From an uncultured Candidatus Saccharibacteria bacterium (GTDB taxonomy: Bacteria > Patescibacteriota > Minisyncoccia > Phycocordibacterales > CALRHW01), in contig CAYOUG010000002.1 of NCBI GenBank assembly GCA_964407105.1, forward strand, positions 76,003-140,002: 64,000 nucleotides of DNA, given 5' to 3'. A program made the position numbers and the translations under genes. Numbering within the stretch: the first letter of the stretch is position 1; each line of letters begins with the position of its first letter. Under the pieces are notes generated by a model that was not told where the DNA came from, did no database searches, and saw nothing but the letters and a program-made list of their open reading frames with translations. Shown here in pieces: positions 39,726 through 47,813 of the stretch.

Positions 39726-40341
39726 TCATAATCACAAACTCAATACCATTTTCAGCAAGCACCTTTTCAGGCACTTTGTGATAGCTTCCAATACGATCTT
39801 TTTGAAGCATTCCATCGTGCACCGAAAATGCTTTCTTTGGTTTTACCGCAAGCGCATATCGCACAGCGTCGGCAATTTTGCACCACGGCCCCGCCACAGG
39901 AAGCGCGAGAATGTCCACCGGCTTTTCTGGATTATGAAAAGAATCGCCGGGATAGAAAAGTTTGTTGTCTATAAAATATCCAGTATTTTGCACCTGACCA
40001 ATCTCCTCAAAAATTTCTTCGTGTTTTCCATCAAATGCTTCTATCGTCACGCCTTGTATTTCTGTCTGCGCTCTACCCTCCAGTATTTCATACGGCACAC
40101 CTATTTCATCAAGCTTTTTGCCTACGCCCGTGTTGGTGATCACGCGCGCCTGAGGATTGTGTTTGAGCACTTCTGTAAGAGAGTCGGTATGGAGATGGTC
40201 GGCGTGTTCGTGGGTAATGAGCACAATGTCTATGCCTGTGAGTGTGTTTTGTGCAACAGAAAAATTCCCCGGATCAGTGAGAATGGTGAAGTTGTTTGTT
40301 TTGATGAGGAGGCAGCAGTGGCCGAGTTTTTTGAGGGTCAT
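39700..40341 (-). CDS. MBL-fold metallo-hydrolase
   Basis: LITHEHADH (HxHxDH) motif. Confidence 0.75.
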   Translation of the reverse strand: MTLKKLGHCCLLIKTNNFTILTDPGNFSVAQNTLTGIDIVLITHEHADHLHTDSLTEVLKHNPQARVITNTGVGKKLDEIGVPYEILEGRAQTEIQGVTIEAFDGKHEEIFEEIGQVQNTGYFIDNKLFYPGDSFHNPEKPVDILALPVAGPWCKIADAVRYALAVKPKKAFSVHDGMLQKDRIGSYHKVPEKVLAENGIEFVIMNEGDERGF

Positions 40342-40350
40342 GGGTATTTT

Positions 40351-41277
40351 TTATTGTATCTCAAGTTTCGGATATTTAGCATGCAAATTCTCGAGGTGTT
40401 GTTCGTGAGAGATGTCCGCAGTCTGGCACACATAGGAAAGTTTGCCGAGTATTATGTGAAGTGTGTTTTCGGATAATTTTACCTCGGTATATTTCTGAAT
40501 ACATATAACAACGTCTTTTGAATGAACGACGTTTTCTATAGGATCTGTTTTGAACTCGCAAGAATCGGTAAACACAACAATACTTTGGTAGACATTCTCG
40601 GGTATAGACGGCATGAGCAACTTAAGCGACACGATATGAGACCAGTTCTGCTTGATAGGATTATGAAATTGGAATTTATTTTTTCCACCGGGTCTCGCTT
40701 TATATAATGACTGGGTCCAATGTTCCTGATCCTTACCCCCGAATATCCATCCATTGTAATCCTTACTCTCAATCACAAATATACCAAACCTTGATACGAC
40801 CAAGTGATCTATCTGAGATGATCCGTTATGGTCCGAAGGAATTGTTAGATTATTGAAAATGAAATAGTCCTTATAGTTCAAACCTTCAGCAAGAATATGA
40901 GCAATCTCTTGCTCTCCATCAGTGAGTCCGTCCATGTAACACTTACAGCCATGTTTCTCGCTATTAATTTTTGCAATCTGGTCCTTGGTGGCGTATGCAG
41001 GAATATATAAATTATCTAACTTATCATTTTTTGGTTGACTCGTAAGTTTTCTAATAAGCCATATGATACCACCAAGTATCAATCCTAAAATTAATATTTT
41101 CTCCAAAACGGGGATCAAATTAGTAATAGCAAATGATACTGTGGATATTAATAAAACCAAAACAAAGACAACCCCAATTATAAAAATACCTTCAAATGAC
41201 CCAAAGGGCTCCTTATATTTTTTATAACGACGATGTCGATAATAGTATGGTTTTATGTAGTTACGATAATACCCCAT
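40351..41277 (-). CDS. NERD (nuclease-related domain) protein with N-terminal TM anchor
   Basis: GEQEIAHILAEGL...QIDHLVVSRFGIFVIESKDYNGWIFG matches the NERD pattern. Confidence 0.55.
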   Translation of the reverse strand: MGYYRNYIKPYYYRHRRYKKYKEPFGSFEGIFIIGVVFVLVLLISTVSFAITNLIPVLEKILILGLILGGIIWLIRKLTSQPKNDKLDNLYIPAYATKDQIAKINSEKHGCKCYMDGLTDGEQEIAHILAEGLNYKDYFIFNNLTIPSDHNGSSQIDHLVVSRFGIFVIESKDYNGWIFGGKDQEHWTQSLYKARPGGKNKFQFHNPIKQNWSHIVSLKLLMPSIPENVYQSIVVFTDSCEFKTDPIENVVHSKDVVICIQKYTEVKLSENTLHIILGKLSYVCQTADISHEQHLENLHAKYPKLEIQ

Positions 41278-41288
41278 TTAATTTTATT

Positions 41289-42689
41289 CTACTTCCCCTC
41301 TCCAACAATCTTTAGCCCCAACTCCTTCAGCTGCGCCACCGCTACCTCCGCCGGAGACTGCATCATCGGATCTCTACCCTCACCCGTTTTAGCAAAAGCA
41401 ATCACCTCGCGAATGTTCGGCTCGTTTTGGAGAAGCATTACAAGACGATCAAAGCCGAAAGCAAGGCCGCCGTGTGGTGGTGTACCTGAAGCAAATGCCT
41501 CAAGCATGTGGCCAAAGTTTTTTTCAATGCGCTCAGGTTCGTACCCCATAATTTCGAACACCGCACGAAGCATTGCAGGAGTGTGATTGCGAATTCCTCC
41601 ACCACCTATTTCAAATCCGTTGAGCACCATGTCGTATTGAGCAGCTACAATTCCTTCAATGTTTTTCTTGCCGAGCAGATCTGGCACAAACTCTGGCTTT
41701 GGTGCAGAAAACGGATTGTGTGTAAATGTCCACGCGCCTTCGTCTGTCTTTTCAAAAAATGGAAAATCTACAACCCAACAAAATGCGAGTTCGTTTGGAT
41801 CGTCTTTGTTCACGCGCAAGTCGGGCTTGTCGTTGCCATATTTTTCCATCGCTTCCTTGTATGAAAGTCGAGGAAATGGCGTCTGCAAAATCTTTTTTTC
41901 AGGATAGAGCGTGCGCACGAGCTCGGTAATCATCTTTTCATTCATTGCCATCACGTCTTCTTGCACGACAAAACTCATTTCAATATCTATCTGTGTAAAC
42001 TCAGGCTGTCGGTCGCCTCGTGTGTCTTCGTCACGAAAACATCGAGCGATTTGGAAATATCGTTCAAAACCAGCCGCCATGAGAAGCTGCTTGTATTGCT
42101 GTGGAGATTGTGGGAGTGCGTAAAATTTTCCTTGATCGAGGCGAGACGGCACGATGTAGTCGCGAGAACCTTCGGGTGTGGACTTTGTAAGGTTTGGTGT
42201 TTCTACTTCTGTAAAACCTTCGCGTGTGTAAAATTCGCGCACAAACTGAATTGCGCGATGACGATTGCGAATGTTTGCCTGCATTCTCGGGCGACGAAGA
42301 TCAAGGTAGCGATATTTGAGGCGAGTTTCTTCGTTGATATCGCGGCCGTCTGTGCCGACATCAAAAGCTGGTGTCTGTGCTTCGTTTAAAACGGCGATTT
42401 TTAGAATTTCAATTTCAAGCTCGCCATTAAGCTCGCCTGCTTTCACCATTTTTTCTGGACGCGGATTTACTTTTCCTGTTACTTCAATCACCCACTCGGT
42501 GCGTACAGTGTTGGCTGCCGCATGCGCTTCTGTGTGGTTTGGTAAAGCCACCATTTGCACTTTTCCAGAGCGGTCGCGCAAGTCGATGAAAATGAGTTTG
42601 CCGTGATCGCGACGAATATCCACCCAGCCTTTGATGAGGACTTCCGCACCGATGTGATTTTTAAGCTCGCCGATTAAAATTCTTTCCAT
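41289..42689 (-). CDS. aspS: Aspartate--tRNA ligase (short form)
   Basis: OB-fold N-terminus; class II motifs; bacterial-type signature QIARCFRDEDTRGDRQPEFTQID; motif 3 GGLAFGFDRL; GC-elevated. Confidence 0.85.
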   Translation of the reverse strand: MERILIGELKNHIGAEVLIKGWVDIRRDHGKLIFIDLRDRSGKVQMVALPNHTEAHAAANTVRTEWVIEVTGKVNPRPEKMVKAGELNGELEIEILKIAVLNEAQTPAFDVGTDGRDINEETRLKYRYLDLRRPRMQANIRNRHRAIQFVREFYTREGFTEVETPNLTKSTPEGSRDYIVPSRLDQGKFYALPQSPQQYKQLLMAAGFERYFQIARCFRDEDTRGDRQPEFTQIDIEMSFVVQEDVMAMNEKMITELVRTLYPEKKILQTPFPRLSYKEAMEKYGNDKPDLRVNKDDPNELAFCWVVDFPFFEKTDEGAWTFTHNPFSAPKPEFVPDLLGKKNIEGIVAAQYDMVLNGFEIGGGGIRNHTPAMLRAVFEIMGYEPERIEKNFGHMLEAFASGTPPHGGLAFGFDRLVMLLQNEPNIREVIAFAKTGEGRDPMMQSPAEVAVAQLKELGLKIVGEGK

Positions 42690-42777
42690 GTTGTTGCGAT
42701 ATGGTTATTGCGTCTTTTGATTAAATATATGGTGAATAATAGCAGAAAAAAGTTCGAAACAGAATATCTTTTGTTGG

Positions 42778-42806
42778 TTGACATTTGGTGTAAGGGGTGT
42801 TATTGT
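42778..42806 (+). promoter_or_regulatory. Sigma70-like promoter TTGACA-17-TATTGT for GC-rich orphan 42869..43138
   Basis: TTGACA at 42778-42783; AAGGAG RBS 6 nt before the ATG at 42869. Confidence 0.45.
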
Positions 42807-42868
42807 ATTTTCAGATCGTGAGATGTTCTTGCGATAACCTCTGTGAGGTGCTACCTATTTTGGTGGCC

Positions 42869-43138
42869 AAGTATAAGGAGTCAGTGATGATCATCAAGTG
42901 TGATAAAATTCCTGGTGACCGGTTTTTACGTCTGGTGGAATTCATTTTAGGAGCGGAGAACTTGGTTGATGAAAAGAACCAGGTTGTCAGCTTCAAAGGA
43001 GACATCAAGACTGATGAAGGGTGGTTCGCTGTCACTCTTGAAGTGAGAGACTGGTGGACTACAGAGAAATGGAGAAAGTATCGTGGGGTTTCGGAAAAGC
43101 TCCTTGTTAGGGTTTATCAAATCCTGAATCCATCCTGA
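42869..43138 (+). CDS. Hypothetical small protein (90 aa), compositionally foreign
   Basis: Start set at ATG with perfect AAGGAG RBS inside ORF 42797..43138; GC-rich; intrinsic terminator follows. Confidence 0.35.
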   Translation, partial: KYKESVMIIKCDKIPGDRFLRLVEFILGAENLVDEKNQVVSFKGDIKTDEGWFAVTLEVRDWWTTEKWRKYRGVSEKLLVRVYQILNPS

Positions 43139-43153
43139 ATCCAACTCTTGCAC

Positions 43154-43203
43154 CCCCCGCAAACAACAAAGACTTCGCGTCCGAGTTGTTGCGGGGTTTT
43201 TGT
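43154..43203 (+). terminator. Rho-independent terminator
   Basis: CCCCGCAAACAAC...GTTGTTGCGGGGTTTTTG. Confidence 0.7.
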
Positions 43204-43230
43204 TTGGAAAAATTTATAAAATTACAAAAG

Positions 43231-43277
43231 AAAAAGCCTCACCCAGAAGCGGTGACGCTTTTCTGGGTGGGGCTGTG
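43231..43277 (-). terminator. Rho-independent terminator for gene 43298..43798
   Basis: 14-bp stem AGCCTCACCCAGAA/TTCTGGGTGGGGCT (one G-U) followed by U-run on the minus strand. Confidence 0.7.
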
Positions 43278-43297
43278 ATCAGCTCATGAGCTGAGGG

Positions 43298-43798
43298 TTA
43301 CGTTGCTGCATCGATGAAGGGCTGCCAGCGCTCTGTGAGGCCGGGGAAGATTTCGGCCATTCCTCCCATGAGCGCTGGAAGAGCATCGTGGATCGTTTTC
43401 ACGTCTTTCATGCGACACGCCTCCCTTCGCACCCTGCTGTCGTCGTATGAAGTGTAGATTCGTCCCGCCCCCACTCGTTCTTCAAAAGATGTACTGTAAT
43501 TCGCATCTTCTGGGGACGTAACGCAATTCACTGTCACATTCGAACCATTTTTACCGAAGGTTACCGACCATATGCACCTAGTGGAAGGAAAGATTCTTTG
43601 GAATCGCGGCCTTGCTTCCAATGCATAGTACTCCACAAAAACACGCGCACCCTCACACACCGGATTGAGACTTGGAGAGGTACCAACAAGTCCAATAAGT
43701 GTGTACACAATGTGATCAATCTCCTGCCTCATACGGTCGATATTTTTCGAACCACGGACCAGCTGATCGACGATGTTTTCGCTCATTCTATCCTCCAT
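43298..43798 (-). CDS. Hypothetical protein (166 aa), compositionally foreign; promoter carries TACTGTACAGTA palindrome
   Basis: GC-rich ORF; upstream TTGACT-16-CATAAT with 12-bp palindrome at 43852-43863 overlapping the TSS. Confidence 0.4.
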   Translation of the reverse strand: MEDRMSENIVDQLVRGSKNIDRMRQEIDHIVYTLIGLVGTSPSLNPVCEGARVFVEYYALEARPRFQRIFPSTRCIWSVTFGKNGSNVTVNCVTSPEDANYSTSFEERVGAGRIYTSYDDSRVRREACRMKDVKTIHDALPALMGGMAEIFPGLTERWQPFIDAAT

Positions 43799-43896
43799 CT
43801 CTGGAAGGCCCTCTCGGGCGTTGCGAATGGGTATCTCTACCCGTTTAGAACTACTGTACAGTATTATGTAGTATTTTATTTAAAAGTCAATAGATA

Positions 43897-44910
43897 TTAG
43901 GATATGTTGAGCCCTACCTTCTCGCGCACCCCTTTCATCTTCACCTCTGCATGTTCATACATTTTCTCTCCGCCTTTTTTTAATATGTCTATCACACGCT
44001 TTGGATCTTTTGCAATTTCTTCACGACGAGTGCGAAGTGGAGCTACAAACGCAGAAATATTTTTCGTCAATATTTCTTTTGATTCTTTGTATCCAAGACC
44101 ACCTTTTTCATATCGCGCTCGGATGTCAGCGAGCTCGGCACCTTCATCAGCACCAGTCACACCGTTTACATTGCCGGCAAAAAGTTTGTGTAGTGCAAAG
44201 ACGTTACACGTGTCAGGATCTTTTGCCTCATCTACTCCCTTTGAGTCTGTAGGAATCTTCATTACACCTTTTTGAATTTCTTCGTCTGACGCAAAAAGGC
44301 CGATGGTGTTGCCATAGCTTTTACTCATCTTGCGACCGTCCGTGCCAGGGACAGTCATGACTTCTTTTAGAATGAGTGGCTCAGGAAGTGTAAACGTCTC
44401 GCCAAATATTCTGTTGAATTTTTCTGCTGTGTCGCGTGCGATTTCCAAATGCTGCTTTTGATCGGCGCCCACAGGCACGATATGTGCACCCGGAAGCAAA
44501 ATATCTGCCGCCATGAGAAGTGGGTAATCAAAAACGCCGACGTTTATTTCATGATTCTTCGCCTCCGCGTCTTTAAATGAATGCGCGCGCATGAGGTATG
44601 GCATCGTTGTGATGCAATTAAAAATCCACGTGAGCTCTGCGACTTGTGGCACGTCCGACTGCTTGTAGAGTGTTACTTTTTCTGGATCAAGACCAATGGC
44701 GAGGTAGTCTATGGCAAGGTCGAGTGTGTCGCGACTCAAGTCTGCAGGATTTTCTACTGACGTAAGAGCGTGAAGGTTTGCGATAAATAAATGGCTGTCG
44801 TATGTGTTTTGATTGTCCACAAACTGCTTCATCGCGCCAAAATAGTTGCCAATGTGTGGCCGGCCTGTTGGCTTTACACCAGACACAAGAATCTTTTTTT
44901 GCTTGTTCAT
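43897..44910 (-). CDS. trpS: Tryptophan--tRNA ligase
   Basis: KPTGRPHIGNYFGA (HIGH) and KMSKSYGN; start trimmed to MNKQKK ATG at 44910 (338 aa). Confidence 0.85.
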   Translation of the reverse strand: MNKQKKILVSGVKPTGRPHIGNYFGAMKQFVDNQNTYDSHLFIANLHALTSVENPADLSRDTLDLAIDYLAIGLDPEKVTLYKQSDVPQVAELTWIFNCITTMPYLMRAHSFKDAEAKNHEINVGVFDYPLLMAADILLPGAHIVPVGADQKQHLEIARDTAEKFNRIFGETFTLPEPLILKEVMTVPGTDGRKMSKSYGNTIGLFASDEEIQKGVMKIPTDSKGVDEAKDPDTCNVFALHKLFAGNVNGVTGADEGAELADIRARYEKGGLGYKESKEILTKNISAFVAPLRTRREEIAKDPKRVIDILKKGGEKMYEHAEVKMKGVREKVGLNIS

Positions 44911-45040
44911 TATGAATAAAATAATAGCAGAATGTGAGGGGTTTTGAAAGTAGAATACACGTATTTTATTTAAAAAAGAAAGGCTTCGAGTACATCGCGA
45001 AGCCTTAGGTGAGATCGGGAGAGATGTTTGTTCAGAAAGA

Positions 45041-45520
45041 TCACTCCAGCGAATCAGTCTTGAGTTTCTCAACCATCAACTGGAGTGAGATATCAAAGGT
45101 GACCTCGTAGAGAATCTCACAGAACAAAAGGTGGAGTTCATCGTCGCAGAACGACCAAAACTCACTGAATTCACGCTCCTTCCACTCCTGGACCACGGAG
45201 TCGATTTGGCCAGCCGCATGCCAGCCCCTCATAAGCAAACCCGTAGCAACTCGAGCCAGGGCGCCGACATGAATTGGACGCTCCTCATACAGAAAGGCGG
45301 CTAATGTCCAGCCGTTGCTGTACCACACCATTTCCTTGATGCGGTTGATCATTGTTTTTCTGTAGCGGTGAACGAGCCACTCAAAGGCAAGTTCACCGCG
45401 ACAATTTTGAGAAATTTGATCTGTGAGTTCACCAAGAATGTGTGGGTCATTCCGAAGAATGTGCTCCATAACTTCATGCGCTAGTGAATTTCGCCTCTCT
45501 AGAGAAATACGGTGTACCAT
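45041..45520 (-). CDS. Hypothetical protein (159 aa), compositionally foreign; promoter carries GTACTGCGCAGTAC palindrome
   Basis: GC-rich; upstream TTGACA(45589-45594 rc)-18-TATAAA, 14-bp palindrome 45549-45562, AAGGAG RBS 5 nt before ATG. Confidence 0.4.
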   Translation of the reverse strand: MVHRISLERRNSLAHEVMEHILRNDPHILGELTDQISQNCRGELAFEWLVHRYRKTMINRIKEMVWYSNGWTLAAFLYEERPIHVGALARVATGLLMRGWHAAGQIDSVVQEWKEREFSEFWSFCDDELHLLFCEILYEVTFDISLQLMVEKLKTDSLE

Positions 45521-45782
45521 AGAGTCTCCTTGGGGTGTGTCTGTTTATGTACTGCGCAGTACATTTTATATCACAAAAAACTATATTGTGTCAATATTAT
45601 TGTACATATAATAAAAGCTCAGACGAAAAGCTTTTTAGAAATTGACTCTATTTGGATTGGTTTGTTATACTGTATTCACAGTGCCGAAAGGCTTCGAGAA
45701 ACCCCGCCATATGGTGGGGTTTCGATTTTATAAGAAGGATTTTAATTTTTCCTTATAAAGAAAGTCTAAAATTTTGTTAAGG

Positions 45783-46577
45783 TTATAAATCTATTAAACT
45801 TTTCACTGCTCGCTCATGTCGCACCGCGTGACTTTCACCATATACCACAAATAAATTTTTTCCTTCATTCCAGAACTTTTCTATTTGTTTAAGAATGTGT
45901 GCGTCACGAAAAACATCGTCTTCGTATCGCGACAGTTCATTTATTCTACTTGTTGTTTTTGTGGGGTTTATAACACTGACAAAAAAATTTGCATCGTTTT
46001 CATTAAAATCTTTATCAAACCACTGTTTTTGAAGTGTAATCATGTGTTCTATAGAGAAATCAAAATCAGACCAACCGCTATTTTCTTTATCGCGAGCAAG
46101 TGAGCGTTTAAGATATTCTCTAAATGTATATTTTTTAGTGATATGTCGATTCCATTGATACGCCATTCGAGCAAATTCGTAATAAATAATTTCTTCTTTT
46201 GTAAACTTTTTAAGTAATTCTTCAAAACGATATTTTTCTGGAGGTTCTGGAGAAAAAGTTTCAATTCCCTCTTTGTTTGCATGGTAAGTAATAAAATTTG
46301 CTTCTGCGCCACACTCAAGCGCTTCAAGCTCAGAGTTATACACCTTACGTTTTCCACCCTCAACAAACACAACACAGTTTTGTTTCTTTGTTTTTTCTAA
46401 AAACTCAGCCCAAAATGTGCGCAAGATTGAATATTGTGGATCGTTTGGATCACACGAGTGGTTGGCACCAAAATAATACAAAAATTGATCACCTTTTTGA
46501 ATTGAATATGTGTATGGAACCGGATGACGATCAAGTTTGTTGTATTCGTCAAAGCCCATAAGGTGTTTTTCGATCAT
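45783..46577 (-). CDS. Hypothetical protein, possibly TraB/GumN/PrgY-family
   Basis: N-terminal YYFGANHS and C-terminal VVYGESHAV resemble the paired GxxH motifs of the TraB/GumN family; weak. Confidence 0.3.
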   Translation of the reverse strand: MIEKHLMGFDEYNKLDRHPVPYTYSIQKGDQFLYYFGANHSCDPNDPQYSILRTFWAEFLEKTKKQNCVVFVEGGKRKVYNSELEALECGAEANFITYHANKEGIETFSPEPPEKYRFEELLKKFTKEEIIYYEFARMAYQWNRHITKKYTFREYLKRSLARDKENSGWSDFDFSIEHMITLQKQWFDKDFNENDANFFVSVINPTKTTSRINELSRYEDDVFRDAHILKQIEKFWNEGKNLFVVYGESHAVRHERAVKSLIDL

Positions 46578-46592
46578 ATTTCTTTGATTAAC

Positions 46593-47681
46593 TTAAACCC
46601 CCTCACCCTTCAACTGCTCAATTAATTTTCTTGCTTCTTTAGAAAGTTTTTTAGGTAGATCGATATGCACGCGAATGAGTAGATCGCCACGGCTGGATTT
46701 TCCTGTAGGTACGCCCTTACCTTTTACGCGAAGTACTTCGCCGTGAGCCACGTTTTCTGGTGTCTTTACGGTAATGTCGCCGTCGAGCGTATGAATAGTG
46801 TGACTTGCACCAAGGAGTGCATCGGTGAGTTTTACATTTAAATCCATCACAAGACTACTGCCGTCTTTGCGAAATGTTGTGTGTCGTTTTACGTGGATTT
46901 TTATATACAAATCACCAGCGGTGCCGTCCACAATCGCTTCGCCAGCGCCCGTCATGCGAATCATTTCTCCATCATCAATACCAGACGGAATCTGTACTTC
47001 AATTTCGTTTTGTTTTTTAAGTACACCTTCGCCACGACATTCTTTACACGTATCTTTTGGGGTTTTACCTTTTCCGTGACATGTCTCACACGATCGTTCG
47101 GTGGCGATTGATCCGAGGATCGTGCGTTTTACATCACGAATACTTCCTTTGCCGTTACATGTTTTGCATGTTAGATATTCTGTGTTCGGTTCGCCACCTT
47201 GGCCTTTGCATCGGCTACACACAGATGTTTTGTTTAGTAAAATTTTTCGAGTGACACCGAAAACAGATTCTTGAAACGAAAGCTCGATGTCGATAGAAAT
47301 ATCTCGGCCACGTTTTGTTTGTTGTCGTCGCCCGCCACCAAAAATGTCACCGAAAATGTCTCCGAGATCAAAACCATCGAAGCCCTGACCACCCTGAGTA
47401 AATTGTGAGAAATCGAAACCGCCGAAGCCCCCTTGGCCTCCAAAGCCACCCGCGCCACCGCCGCCAGCTCCACTGAAGGTACGGCCATACGCATCGTACT
47501 CAGAGCGTTTTTGCTCGTTTGAGAGCACGCTGTATGCTTCGTTTACCTCTTTAAACTTCGCTTCGTTACCTCCTTTTTTGTCTGGATGATATTCATGCGC
47601 GAGTTTACGAAACGCTTTTTTTATTTCGTCTTGTGATGCGTCTTTTTTTACGCCCAGTGTTTCGTAATAATCTTTTGACAT
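46593..47681 (-). CDS. dnaJ: Chaperone DnaJ
   Basis: J domain with HPD (YHPDKK), G/F-rich linker, four CxxCxGxG zinc-finger repeats. Confidence 0.9.
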   Translation of the reverse strand: MSKDYYETLGVKKDASQDEIKKAFRKLAHEYHPDKKGGNEAKFKEVNEAYSVLSNEQKRSEYDAYGRTFSGAGGGGAGGFGGQGGFGGFDFSQFTQGGQGFDGFDLGDIFGDIFGGGRRQQTKRGRDISIDIELSFQESVFGVTRKILLNKTSVCSRCKGQGGEPNTEYLTCKTCNGKGSIRDVKRTILGSIATERSCETCHGKGKTPKDTCKECRGEGVLKKQNEIEVQIPSGIDDGEMIRMTGAGEAIVDGTAGDLYIKIHVKRHTTFRKDGSSLVMDLNVKLTDALLGASHTIHTLDGDITVKTPENVAHGEVLRVKGKGVPTGKSSRGDLLIRVHIDLPKKLSKEARKLIEQLKGEGV

Positions 47682-47813
47682 TGTTAAAGTTTTATAAGAA
47701 AAATTTTTTAAAATATATCTTTCTCCGGGTACGGATTTTTTGAAGCTTAAAAAATCCTGAAGCTCTCGCGCCGTCGCGCTCGAGACCCCCTCCGAAAGAC
47801 ATATTTGAAAAAA

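Noticed and set aside
43852-43863. Palindromes interpreted as LexA/SOS boxes
   Set aside because: E. coli-type boxes are CTGT-N8-ACAG and Gram-positive Cheo boxes are GAAC-N4-GTTC. Here the half-sites abut (spacing 0-2), so a canonical LexA site is not supported.
47682-47813. GC-rich stretch (CTCGCGCCGTCGCGCTCGAG) in the dnaK-dnaJ spacer as a regulatory hairpin
   Set aside because: Only short self-complementary GCGC cores with mismatched arms. It is not a convincing stable structure.
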